From NCBI GenBank assembly GCA_035494575.1, contig DATJGV010000220.1, forward strand, positions 1-48,090: a stretch of 48,090 bases of DNA. Reading direction: 5' to 3'. The stretch is from Pyrinomonadaceae bacterium. Its GTDB lineage: Bacteria > Acidobacteriota > Blastocatellia > Pyrinomonadales > Pyrinomonadaceae. Shown here one piece after another: positions 19,884-28,939 of the stretch. A model generated the notes under the pieces. The model did no database searches, had not been told where the DNA came from, and was given only the letters and a program-made list of their open reading frames with translations. Numbering within the stretch: the first letter of the stretch is position 1; each line of letters opens with the position of its first letter. A program made the translations under genes and the position numbers.

Positions 19884-20705
19884 ATGAATCTTGCATTTCT
19901 TGTTTCCCTTTGTCTTATTTTTTTAACGATCTCAATCTCCGCCCAGAACTCGGACATTGTTTCGACACGGGAGATGGAGCGCATCAACTGGATGGAATTC
20001 AAAGAGGTGGTTCCATCCAAAATAACAACCGTGCTGCTGCCGACCGGCACTCTCGAACCGCACGGTGTTATCAATAACGGGGCCGACAACACCGCTCCGT
20101 TCGCCATGGCGAAAACCATTGCCAAACGTACGAACGCGATGATCTCCCCGACGCTGCCCTACGGCATCACCGGCGCCATGGAGGCTTACCCCGGCGCGTT
20201 TCAGATAACTGAAGTCGCATATCGCCCGTTCGTAAAACAAATTCTCGAAGGCCTCGCCAAAAACGGATTTCGAAACATCATAATCCTTAACGGCCACGGC
20301 GGCGGGCAGACGGCCGTTTTGCAATCGGTCGCCGCTGAGGTTGCAACTGAACGGCATGTCCGTACGCTTGTTATAAATTGGTGGTCGTTTGCGTCCGACG
20401 AAACCAAAGAAGTCTTTGGCGAAGACGGCGGTCATGCCGGGTTGAACGAGACCGCGTTCATTCAGGCGATCGACCCGACCCTGGTCCATGCTGACCGTTA
20501 CAACCCCGACATGGCTACGGCATATCCCGCGCCCGGCACATGGAGCGCGACGCCTTTTCCGTCGTCGATCGGCCTGTATCAAAAAGGCCAGGGCTATCCG
20601 AAATTCGATCAGAAAAAGGCGGATGAATACTACAAAAAGGTGACCGACAAAGTCGCTAATCTGATCACGGACACAGTTCGCAAGTGGGACATGGCCGGGC
20701 TGTAA
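19884..20705 (+). CDS. Creatininase-family amidohydrolase with N-terminal signal peptide
   Basis: Motifs LPTGTLEPHG, ISPTLPYGIT, IIILNGHGGG and GGHAGLNET. The N-terminus is MNLAFLVSLCLIFLTISISAQ. Confidence 0.8.
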   Translation: MNLAFLVSLCLIFLTISISAQNSDIVSTREMERINWMEFKEVVPSKITTVLLPTGTLEPHGVINNGADNTAPFAMAKTIAKRTNAMISPTLPYGITGAMEAYPGAFQITEVAYRPFVKQILEGLAKNGFRNIIILNGHGGGQTAVLQSVAAEVATERHVRTLVINWWSFASDETKEVFGEDGGHAGLNETAFIQAIDPTLVHADRYNPDMATAYPAPGTWSATPFPSSIGLYQKGQGYPKFDQKKADEYYKKVTDKVANLITDTVRKWDMAGL

Positions 20706-20777
20706 GACGGTGGAGCGGTATAGGTCTGTACCACCTGCGGTAGCGGGTCGGGCTTTTGATTTCAGATTGGAGATATT

Positions 20778-21545
20778 ATGAGTAAAGACACACGACGCGA
20801 CTTTTTGAAATTTGGGGTGATCGGCCTCGGTTCGGCAGTTTTGCTCGATGCCTGTGCGAAGCAAACGACCAATTCCCAACCGGCAAATGCCGCTCCTTCG
20901 GCTTCTCCGAGTGACGAAAATAACCCGAACGAGCCGATCGAGGTAACTGCAGTTGAGGACCTCATGCGCGAGCACGGTGTGCTGCGTCGCGCGTTGCTTA
21001 TCTACAGCGAAGCGGCGATGCGGCTGCGAAAAGACGCCGCGTCCGTCGCGCCTGCGGCATTGCAAAAAGCCGCCAAGATCTTTCGCACATTCGGCGAAGA
21101 CTATCACGAGAAAAAACTCGAAGAGGCATATCTTTTCCCGCTGATAAAGCAAAAAGCCGCCGACTCCGATGCGGCAAAATATACGGACATACTCATCACT
21201 CAGCACAACCGCGGGCGTGAGATCACCGACTATATTATTTCGGTTACGAACGCCGCAAAGATCGGCGCCGAGGCCAAGGCCTTCGCCGATCTGCTTGACG
21301 CGTTCACGCGCATGTACCAAAACCACGCCGCCCGCGAGGACACCATTGTCTTTCCCGCGTGGAAGGGCTTGCTGACTTCGAAGGAATACGATGAGCTTAA
21401 CGACAAATTCGAAGACATTGAGCAGGACCAGTTCGGCGAGGACGGATTCGAACAGGCGGTAAAACAGATCGGCGAGATCGAGGCAAGTCTGGGCCTGTCG
21501 GACATATCGATCTTTACGCCGGCGGCGCCTCCTCCGGCCAAATAA
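20778..21545 (+). CDS. Hemerythrin-like (HHE cation-binding) domain protein with twin-arginine signal
   Basis: Tat motif at the N-terminus: TRRDFLKFGVIGLGSAVLLDACA. Hemerythrin-like His/Glu repeats: LMREHGVLRR, EDYHEKKLEE, ITQHNRGRE, HAAREDTIVFP. Confidence 0.72.
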   Translation: MSKDTRRDFLKFGVIGLGSAVLLDACAKQTTNSQPANAAPSASPSDENNPNEPIEVTAVEDLMREHGVLRRALLIYSEAAMRLRKDAASVAPAALQKAAKIFRTFGEDYHEKKLEEAYLFPLIKQKAADSDAAKYTDILITQHNRGREITDYIISVTNAAKIGAEAKAFADLLDAFTRMYQNHAAREDTIVFPAWKGLLTSKEYDELNDKFEDIEQDQFGEDGFEQAVKQIGEIEASLGLSDISIFTPAAPPPAK

Positions 21546-21677
21546 TTTTTTAAACTTTTCAGGAACATTCTCTGTGATATACTCGTTTCTCAAAATGACC
21601 GGAATACGAATTTGGTCAGTCGTCGCCTTTTGCGGATTTCGTTCTGACCGCGGACCTGTGACGACCGACAACTGATC

Positions 21678-22280
21678 ATGAAAGACGCCATCGAACCCAA
21701 AACCACCCGCGAAGCCATACTCGACGCCACTGACCGTTTGCTCGCGCGGTACGGCTACAAGAAAATGACCATCGACGACCTCGCTCGCGAAGTCGGCATC
21801 GGTAAAGGCAGCATTTACCTGCATTTCGCAAGTAAAGAAGAAATTGCGCTGACCCACATTGACCGCATTATCGACCGGCTTAGAAAGCGCCTTTCGATCA
21901 TCGCGAAGGACAGCGTTGCCTGCGACGAGCGAATTCGCCGAATGCTCGTTGAACGTGTGATCTTTCGATTTGACAGTGTTCAGCATTACACGCAAAACCT
22001 CAACGACATGCTCGCCCGGCTACGTCCGCAGCTGCTCGAACGCCGCAAGGTGTACTTCGAAGAGGAAGCCAAAATATTTGCGCGGGTCATAGACGAAGCG
22101 CAGCAGAAAAACGACTTCATAAAGACTGACTCGATGGACACGGCCCGAACGCTGCTCGCTGCGACTAATGCGCTGCTGCCGTATAGCTTGAGCACGCAGG
22201 AGCTCGGCAAACGCAGCGATATAGAAAAAAGAACACGTGCGATCGCCGATCTTGTGATCGACGGCCTGAAACAAAGGTGA
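21678..22280 (+). CDS. TetR/AcrR-family transcriptional regulator
   Basis: N-terminal HTH: REAILDATDRLLARYGYKKMTIDDLAREVGIGKGSIYLHF. Confidence 0.85.
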   Translation: MKDAIEPKTTREAILDATDRLLARYGYKKMTIDDLAREVGIGKGSIYLHFASKEEIALTHIDRIIDRLRKRLSIIAKDSVACDERIRRMLVERVIFRFDSVQHYTQNLNDMLARLRPQLLERRKVYFEEEAKIFARVIDEAQQKNDFIKTDSMDTARTLLAATNALLPYSLSTQELGKRSDIEKRTRAIADLVIDGLKQR

Positions 22281-22330
22281 CAATTGTAATTTCTAAAACG
22301 ATCTATTCCCATCATAAAAGGAGCACCACA

Positions 22331-23422
22331 ATGAAATCATTAACCATCATTTTTCTCATTCTTTCATCATTCATCTACATCTCAGCCCAAGGCCCGGCGC
22401 CGCAAAATCAGCCTGATGCGGCCATCGATTCGACAACGAAAACGCAGGTCATCGACAGCATTTTGAAATCGCTGAACGACGAGTACGTCTTTCCTGAGAC
22501 CGCAAAAAAGATGGAAGCGGACATACGGGCTCGTCAGAAAAACAACGAGTACGATCAAACGACCGCACGAGCTTTTGCCGATAAGCTGACAGCCGATCTT
22601 CAGTCCGTCAGCCATGACAAGCACCTTCGCGTCCGCTATTCGGACCGCGTTATTCCAGTTCGTCAGAATCAGGAGGAGCCGACCGATGCCGAAAAGGCCG
22701 AAGAGGCTCACTACGTCAAATTCATGAATGCCGGATTCGAACAGGTCGAACGCATGCGCGGCAACATCGGCTACATACGGTTCAACGGTTTTGTCGATCC
22801 CGAAAAAGGCGCTGAGACGGTCCAGTCGGCAATGAATTTCGTTGCCAACACCGACGCGTTGATCTTTGACCTGCGCGGCAACGGCGGAGGCGACCCGGCG
22901 ATGGTACGGCTGATCTGTTCTTACTTGTTCGGCGACAAACCGGTCCATCTCAACGATCTATATTGGAGAAAAGGCGACCGCACCGAGGAATTTTGGACGA
23001 CGCCGACTGTTGCGGGCAAGAAATATCTCGACAAGGACATCTATGTTCTGACCAGCAACCGCACGTTTTCCGGAGCCGAGGAATTTAGCTACAACCTCAA
23101 GAACCTGAAACGCGCGACGATCGTCGGGGAAACGACCGGCGGAGGAGCGAACCCCGGCGATTTTGTACGCTTGACCGATCATTTCGGAGCGTTCGTCCCC
23201 GGCGGCCGCGCGATCAACCCGATCACCAAAACCAACTGGGAAGGCACCGGCGTCGAACCCGACGTCAAAGTCCCGCGTGACCAGGCCCTGAAAACCGCCT
23301 ACCTGCTCGCTCTGAACAAAGCCCTCGTCAATGCCAAGGACGACGGCCTGAAACAAGCAATCAAAGAAGTGATCGACCAGACCCAGAAAGAGCTGGACGA
23401 ACTGAAAGCCAAGAGCAAATAA
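22331..23422 (+). CDS. Exported S41-family peptidase (tail-specific / IRBP-like)
   Basis: ATG at 22331 lies behind AAGGAG and gives signal peptide MKSLTIIFLILSSFIYISAQ. Motifs GYIRFNGF, LIFDLRGNGGGD and TSNRTFSGAEEF..IVGETTGGGANP. Confidence 0.83.
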   Translation: MKSLTIIFLILSSFIYISAQGPAPQNQPDAAIDSTTKTQVIDSILKSLNDEYVFPETAKKMEADIRARQKNNEYDQTTARAFADKLTADLQSVSHDKHLRVRYSDRVIPVRQNQEEPTDAEKAEEAHYVKFMNAGFEQVERMRGNIGYIRFNGFVDPEKGAETVQSAMNFVANTDALIFDLRGNGGGDPAMVRLICSYLFGDKPVHLNDLYWRKGDRTEEFWTTPTVAGKKYLDKDIYVLTSNRTFSGAEEFSYNLKNLKRATIVGETTGGGANPGDFVRLTDHFGAFVPGGRAINPITKTNWEGTGVEPDVKVPRDQALKTAYLLALNKALVNAKDDGLKQAIKEVIDQTQKELDELKAKSK

Positions 23423-23533
23423 CCCTCGCCTTGGAATTCGCAATTAATTTCCGGAATAGCGGATAACTGGGAGTGTATAACTGATAGCTGTTTGTCTTCG
23501 GTTATTGGTTTTCAGTTAGAGTTATTCCGGCCT

Positions 23534-23578
23534 TGTCCCAACCGTGTCCCAGGACTGTCCCAAGCCTATTTGGGACAG
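23534..23578. repeat. Three TGTCCCA direct repeats at exact 11-bp spacing plus one inverted copy
   Basis: TGTCCCA at 23534, 23545 and 23556; TGGGACA at 23571..23577. CTGTCCCAA (23555..23563) and TTGGGACAG (23570..23578) form a perfect 9-bp inverted repeat. Confidence 0.8.
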
Positions 23579-23964
23579 GCAAATAGCCGATAACAATACG
23601 CTTACTGGGTTTTCCACAGGCATTTTTGCGCGAGTTTAAAAAGTTTGTGCCACAAAATGCTAAGTTACTGGACCTGAAGCCTTTATCCAATTAAGTGCGA
23701 CTTTAGCGTGCGGGACACCGATCGCGATTCTCTACCAGATCTGCCTTACGATCTTTCCTGAATTTTCAAAGACCAATCATCGTTCCACGCAGGCTTCCGC
23801 CGAAGCCCGCAAGAACCGGCATAAAATTCTAGCGCGCTTTGCAAAGATAGTAAAGATTTTTATGTATGATACAAGGGTGAGTATCGATAGTCGCGGTCCA
23901 CTTCTTTATATGGCATTTTGGACTAGAGAAAGTCTTTACCTAACCGTTTCCGAAAATTTACGCG

Positions 23965-26469
23965 TTAATTGTTGGGTGGCGTGTAAGCCGAAAATAAGGA
24001 TTGAATTTCGTCGGCTGACAGCGCCCGATTAAAGAAATAAATCTCGTCAAGCGCTCCGGAGAAAAATTGCCTGCTTCCTGAACTCAAGGCGCCAAATTCC
24101 AAATTCGATGAATTAGATAGATCAGTCGGAACCCTTTCCGGTGTAGTCGACCGCAAAACTCCATCGATATAAAGATACAGTACGTTTGATTGCCTTACAG
24201 CAGCGATATGATACCAAATCCCGACCTGAAAATTTGACTTCGGATATCTGGCATCATTGTCGCTAGTTTGAACGATGTTTCGAGTTTCGACCCCAATCCC
24301 GCCAATTTCATCACAAAAATCACAGATATTAAACAGCCACCCATTGTAAGAACCTTGATCCCCATAGTTATCTTTATGAACCATACCGTTTGTATTGTTT
24401 TCTAAATTATCAAACATTGCAAAGAATGTGATCGTGAAATCGCCAGTTCCGACATTTAAGTTGGATGAATTCGGAACGGATACTCGGCCGTCCACACCAT
24501 CGAAGCTGAATGCCTGACCCGAAACGCCAGGCTTATAAGTGGCGCCATTGAGCAGTTCGCCATCGTTGCCACCGAGTAGATCGTACGCGTTACCGTCGGC
24601 CGGCCAATAACTTACGGGCCCGCTCTGCAGGCTGTCAGATAGCGGAATCTTTGTCACTGCTACGTAAGCCCCCGTTGAGTCGCTGTTAAAGCCGTTGCCG
24701 CCGTAGCCGACCGAGAAATCGACCGTATCCCCTGCGGCTAACTCACGGGAAAGAACAAAGGCTTTCGGTATGCCAAATCCGTTAATATTTTCGTTGAATA
24801 AGACTAATTTAGAATTGAGCACAATTACTGCATCGGTAGTTGTTCCGCTGAGGTCGATTCCTTGAAAATGACCGTCGAATCTATACACTCCCTTTGCGGG
24901 GGCTGTCCATCGCAGGACACTCCGCTGCCCTTCCTTTCCCGGATGCAGATCTAATAGATCAGGCGGTAGAAAGACGCCTCCAGCCGTTATCGCAGTATCG
25001 CTGGAGTTGTGCGTTATCAATGGGTGCGGCGAATCCTGGTTTTGCCATTTATCAATTGGCATTCCCGTAATCTTGAAGTAGCGGTCATGGTCTGATGACG
25101 TAAATAAAGAGAACAAAGAGATATCGTCTGATGGGGTGTAACCGTAGGACCAGTTACCGCTCGGATTTGACGTAATGGAAAAGTCTGTAACGGCGTTCTC
25201 GGTGAAGCCGATCGGCGGTTTTGCTGGATTCGATTTCGTAAGTTGAAGAAATACAAGCATCGACAAAACCGCAATTCCTAAGATCAAGATTGCTTTGATA
25301 AGGTTTGCTTGTAAGTATCGTCCAAACCCACTCAGAAGACTGCCAGACCGAAGCTCAGAAGCCGATTGCCTCCGAGCATCCGACATTTCTCTTATTTTTG
25401 TAAGGTCGTTAAGCATGTCGTCGATATTTCCGTATCGGCCCGACTTCTCTTTGGAAAGAGCGAATGCGATGATGGTGTCAAGTTCCGCCTGAAATGGGAG
25501 GCGGAGATTTCTAATCGGTTCTGGTGACGACATCAGGACCGCCGCGATCTGATCGATCTTCGTCAAGCCTCTAAAAGGTAGCTCCCCGGACACCATTTCG
25601 TAAAGGAGAACACCGAGGCTCCAGATGTCGGTTTGGGTACCTACTTCGGAGCCGCGGATCTGTTCCGGTGACATATATGCGGGAGTGCCGACCAGCGCAC
25701 CGAGCTCAGTGCTCATATCCACCGTTAGTTTAACGTTTTCGCCACCTTGAATATGAATAGTTCCGTCGCCGATCGGACTGACCAGCTTTGCCAATCCAAA
25801 ATCCAAAACCTTTATGGCTCCGTTGGGTGTGATGACGATGTTTTCCGGCTTGATATCCCGGTGGACGACCCCAGCGGTGTGTGCCGCGCCGAGCGCCGAC
25901 GCGATCTGGATAACTATATCAATAGCCTCCCCCAACGGGATCGATACGGCTAAGTGTTTTCTAAGGTTAATGCCTTCAACAAACTCCATGACGATGAGAT
26001 TTTCACCGTCGATCTCGCATACCTCATACAATTTGGCGACGTTTGGATGCACAACTCGTGACACCGCCTTCGCTTCTTTGCGAAAACGTCTTATCCGTTC
26101 AGGATCGAGGGCGAATAGCTTGTTTAAGAGTTTGACGGCGACCTTGCGTCCAAGCTTCTGGTCCTCGGCCGCATATACTTCGCCCATTCCGCCACGGCCT
26201 ATTAACCTCCCTAACTTGAAATGGCCAATAGTCTCACCAGTCCGTTTATCAACGTCGTTTCCGTCCAACATTTGTACGCCAATGTCAAAAACCGGCGTAT
26301 CCAAGCTTGTAGACGGAGATTCATGCTCCGCCAGCAACGCTCTGATCTCGGAGAGCATCGCTTCGTCGCCCAGGCAATTGTCCCGCAGAAAATTTTCGCG
26401 CGCCGGGCCGTGAAATTCGGCAGCAGCGAAAAAAATCTCCTCTATTTTTTGCCAGCGTTCTTTTTGCAT
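23965..26469 (-). CDS. Transmembrane Ser/Thr protein kinase with extracytoplasmic LamG-like (concanavalin-type) domain
   Basis: The track start at 26478 is TTG; ATG at 26469 gives MQKERWQKIEEIF. Kinase motifs GRGGMGEVY, VAVKLL, HRDIKPENI, DFGLAK and GTPAYMSPEQ. One TM helix (AILILGIAVLSMLVFL). The C-terminal segment has a LamG-like signature: FSGALDEIYFFNRALSADEIQ. Confidence 0.88.
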   Translation of the reverse strand: MQKERWQKIEEIFFAAAEFHGPARENFLRDNCLGDEAMLSEIRALLAEHESPSTSLDTPVFDIGVQMLDGNDVDKRTGETIGHFKLGRLIGRGGMGEVYAAEDQKLGRKVAVKLLNKLFALDPERIRRFRKEAKAVSRVVHPNVAKLYEVCEIDGENLIVMEFVEGINLRKHLAVSIPLGEAIDIVIQIASALGAAHTAGVVHRDIKPENIVITPNGAIKVLDFGLAKLVSPIGDGTIHIQGGENVKLTVDMSTELGALVGTPAYMSPEQIRGSEVGTQTDIWSLGVLLYEMVSGELPFRGLTKIDQIAAVLMSSPEPIRNLRLPFQAELDTIIAFALSKEKSGRYGNIDDMLNDLTKIREMSDARRQSASELRSGSLLSGFGRYLQANLIKAILILGIAVLSMLVFLQLTKSNPAKPPIGFTENAVTDFSITSNPSGNWSYGYTPSDDISLFSLFTSSDHDRYFKITGMPIDKWQNQDSPHPLITHNSSDTAITAGGVFLPPDLLDLHPGKEGQRSVLRWTAPAKGVYRFDGHFQGIDLSGTTTDAVIVLNSKLVLFNENINGFGIPKAFVLSRELAAGDTVDFSVGYGGNGFNSDSTGAYVAVTKIPLSDSLQSGPVSYWPADGNAYDLLGGNDGELLNGATYKPGVSGQAFSFDGVDGRVSVPNSSNLNVGTGDFTITFFAMFDNLENNTNGMVHKDNYGDQGSYNGWLFNICDFCDEIGGIGVETRNIVQTSDNDARYPKSNFQVGIWYHIAAVRQSNVLYLYIDGVLRSTTPERVPTDLSNSSNLEFGALSSGSRQFFSGALDEIYFFNRALSADEIQSLFSAYTPPNN

Positions 26470-26488
26470 CGACGGCAACTCGAAAGCC

Positions 26489-27052
26489 TTATTTTCTCAT
26501 TTGGCGGGCAAGCCACGCTCGTGCCAGGTTCCAATGTCGCGTAACCGCGGCAGGGGTCATATTTAACACCTCGGCCACCTCGGTTGTGGTAAGCCCGCCA
26601 AAATACCGCATCTCCACTATTCTTGCCTTGACCATGTCAAAATTAGAAAGACACGTCAATGCCTCGTCAAGGGAGATTAGTTCTGTGGTTTTTTCCGTAG
26701 AAATTATTTCCACGTCGTCAATATTCAAAACGAAGGCACCACCAGCCCGCTTGCCCGTCATTCGGTCCCGGGCATGGTTCATCAAAATCCGGCGAATAAT
26801 GATCGAAGAGACCGCAAAAAAATGACTTTGGTTTTTCCATTGCACATCGCGTTGACCTATAAGCCTCATGTAGGCTTCGTTAATAAGATCGGATGTCATG
26901 AATGAGTGGTTTGCATTTTCCCGCTTCAAAAACCGCCGGGCGATTCGCTTAAGTTCGGACTCAACAAGCGGAACGAGGCGTTCCAAAGAAACCTCGTCCC
27001 CATTGCTCCACGCTACTAACAATTCTGTAATTTGTTCCTCAGTTTCGACCAT
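26489..27052 (-). CDS. ECF-type sigma-70 factor of the kinase-associated subgroup
   Basis: The N-terminal ITELLVAWSNGDEVSLERLVPLV..ELKRIARRFL is typical of the ECF group found next to Ser/Thr kinases. Region 2 (LINEAYMRL) and region 4 (MRYFGGLTTTEVAEVLNMTPAAVTRHW) are present. No anti-sigma gene is adjacent. Confidence 0.88.
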   Translation of the reverse strand: MVETEEQITELLVAWSNGDEVSLERLVPLVESELKRIARRFLKRENANHSFMTSDLINEAYMRLIGQRDVQWKNQSHFFAVSSIIIRRILMNHARDRMTGKRAGGAFVLNIDDVEIISTEKTTELISLDEALTCLSNFDMVKARIVEMRYFGGLTTTEVAEVLNMTPAAVTRHWNLARAWLARQMRK

Positions 27053-27360
27053 ACAGGCTTACCGGCTACGCCTGACTTAAGACTAATATTCCAACTGCTG
27101 TGAGAATAGACCACAATTGCGAAAATAAAAAGATAAATTCTAATAATTTTCGGGCGTATGCATAGTAGAACGAAAGAATTTTAAATATGATGTGTCTGCG
27201 GATTTCGTGAACCAAGTTATTTTTATCGTGATGTAGTCCTGTTACCCTGTTTTACCGAACAATTTAATATGGCGTTTCCGATTGAATTCCTTAATCGGAA
27301 GATACCTATATATCATCCCACGATTCATTTAGCCTCACCCACGGCGTATTGGAGATTAAA

Positions 27361-28647
27361 ATGAAACGCAATGTTCTCACCCTCTTCGCTGTATCGATCT
27401 TCCTCGTCTTTTTATCGGCAACGGCCACTTTTTCACAGACCTGTCCCGGCGGCGCGGGATGTCTCGATCCGACATTCGGTATAGGCGGCATAAGCACGAC
27501 TTATGTTCCGGCAACTAAACCGCTTACTTCGGGAAAGGGCGCAATACAGAGTGACGGCAAGATCCTTGCGATGAAATTGGTTTTGCCGGGCGACAGTTTT
27601 ACCAATGCCGTTATCCGTTACAATCCGGATGGAACGCTTGATCCTTCATTTGGCAGTGGAGGAATCGTTAGCCTGAACTGGCTCAATGGCCATGCGTATG
27701 TTATTGCCGTCCAAACCGTCGGAACCGAAGAACGGATCGTCGTCGCAGGTACAGGAACGGGCTATACTTCGAGTCTTCGTATTGACCGCTTTCATCCTGA
27801 CGGCAGCCCGGATCTATCGTTTGGCAGCGGCGGAACCGTAAGTATTACTGCCGGCGCACCGCAGGCAATAGCCGTGCAGCCTGACGGCAAAATAGTGACG
27901 ATGGGCACGGCCGGGGCGTTGGTTCGTCTGAACCCAAACGGAACGCTGGACGGCACATTCGGCAGTCACGGTTTCATTCAGAATAATACCTGGCGGGTTC
28001 AATCAATTGCGCTTCAGTCAGATGGGAGGATCGTTGCTGCCGGTTATTGGACGGACGTTCACGGCGCCAATTTGATGTCTGTTTGGCGGTTCAACACAAA
28101 TGGCTCGTTGGACGACGGCGGAAAAAATGACTCGACGAAGGGCGATTCGTTCGGCATTAAAGGGCAAGCGACCATAGATTCTTTCAATCCCGCCTGGGAC
28201 GTCAAAATTGACCCCAGCGGCAAGATCGTTGTCGCTGGTTCGGCGAGTTCAGTTTCCACCGTTTTTGCTGTTGCGAGGCTAACGTCTGCTGGACAACTCG
28301 ATTCGACATTTGGTGTTGGCGGAAAAGCGACGGTTGATTTCAGTGGATTAGGTGACCAGGCGAGAAGCGTATTGCTTAGATCAAACGGTCAGATCATTCT
28401 CGTCGGCCTCGTATCAACGTCAACCCATGGTTATGCCGGTTTGGCCCGTTTCAACTCAAACGGCTCGCTCGATACTGCTTTCGGACAAAGTGGTAAGGTC
28501 GTAACCGATTTTTCAAGCGAAGGGTGGTTTTTCAGTGGCGGATTGATTCAGATGGACCCGATATGCGGCTGTGAAAAGCTTATCGCGCCCGGAACGGTGA
28601 TAACCGGCGGGATATATTACGCTTTCGCGGCGCGTTATATTCTCTAG
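27361..28647 (+). CDS. Secreted delta-60 repeat (beta-propeller) protein
   Basis: The track start at 27349 is TTG. ATG at 27361 sits 6 nt after GGAG and gives signal MKRNVLTLFAVSIFLVFLSATATFSQ. A motif recurs roughly every 50-60 aa: LDPTFGIGGI, LDPSFGSGGI, PDLSFGSGGT, LDGTFGSHGF, LDSTFGVGGK, LDTAFGQSGK. Confidence 0.75.
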   Translation: MKRNVLTLFAVSIFLVFLSATATFSQTCPGGAGCLDPTFGIGGISTTYVPATKPLTSGKGAIQSDGKILAMKLVLPGDSFTNAVIRYNPDGTLDPSFGSGGIVSLNWLNGHAYVIAVQTVGTEERIVVAGTGTGYTSSLRIDRFHPDGSPDLSFGSGGTVSITAGAPQAIAVQPDGKIVTMGTAGALVRLNPNGTLDGTFGSHGFIQNNTWRVQSIALQSDGRIVAAGYWTDVHGANLMSVWRFNTNGSLDDGGKNDSTKGDSFGIKGQATIDSFNPAWDVKIDPSGKIVVAGSASSVSTVFAVARLTSAGQLDSTFGVGGKATVDFSGLGDQARSVLLRSNGQIILVGLVSTSTHGYAGLARFNSNGSLDTAFGQSGKVVTDFSSEGWFFSGGLIQMDPICGCEKLIAPGTVITGGIYYAFAARYIL

Positions 28648-28827
28648 GTTTTTCTAATACTTTCTCATTTTTTTAGCAAGAGAAAGGTTTGGTGATCGAA
28701 AGTGCCATAGAGGTTTTTTTGATCGCTATAGACAAAGGCAATTACTTTTCCTCACCAGTCTCCATATCGCTAACAAACGCGATATGGAGACGAATTTTCA
28801 GGGCGCGTCGCCAAGGGCGACATGCGA

Positions 28828-28917
28828 ATTCCGCATTCTTATCTTTTCCAATAATTCTTTATCTTCAGATCGAGCATCGGGAATGCGCAGTATTCGACGG
28901 AGCGGCCTGATTCGCGG
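28828..28917 (-). repeat. Orphan copy of the 3' end (last 25 codons, stop and short 3' flank) of the cREC-like gene; left direct repeat of the TA cassette
   Basis: 28838..28917 matches 29845..29924 at 78 of 80 positions. On the reverse strand it reads RESGRSVEYCAFPMLDLKIKNYWKR-stop, identical in amino acids to the live gene end. Confidence 0.9.
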
Positions 28918-28939
28918 GTCTCGCTAATGCAAATTTTCG

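Noticed and set aside
20778-21545. Hemerythrin-like protein as encapsulin cargo (C-terminal ..EASLGLSDISIF resembles targeting peptides)
   Set aside because: The protein has a twin-arginine export signal, and no HK97-fold encapsulin shell gene is nearby. The C-terminal resemblance is weak.
19932-21995. 687-aa ORF on the minus strand, the longest ORF in this part of the track
   Set aside because: It runs antisense across three well-supported + strand genes (creatininase family, hemerythrin-like, TetR start). Its translation is Arg/Gly/Val-rich with no recognisable motif. I treat it as a shadow ORF.
23451-23700. DnaA-box-like 9-mers (TTTTCCACA at 23610..23618, TTATCCAAT near 23683) suggesting an origin
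   Set aside because: There are only two imperfect boxes, no AT-rich unwinding element, no dnaA/dnaN neighbourhood, and the gap lies between convergent genes. Evidence for oriC is insufficient.
26512-26526. Sigma-54-like element TGGCACGAGCGTGGC on the minus strand, 43 nt upstream of the kinase ATG
   Set aside because: The GG-N10-GC spacing is right, but the -12 element is TGGC rather than TTGC and the site lies inside the ECF sigma coding sequence. A chance match is more likely. It is only worth revisiting if 5'-end mapping shows a start near 26500.
27180-27240. ECF-type promoter (GAACC ... CGT) in the sigma/delta-60 divergent region
   Set aside because: TGAACC and CGTG are only ~13 nt apart, which is too short for the usual -35/-10 ECF spacing. 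Not supportable by eye.
28689-28910. 73-aa + strand ORF between the delta-60 gene and the toxin gene
   Set aside because: It has no RBS. It runs antisense through the orphan copy of the cREC-like gene end, so its 3' half is simply the reverse frame of that repeat.
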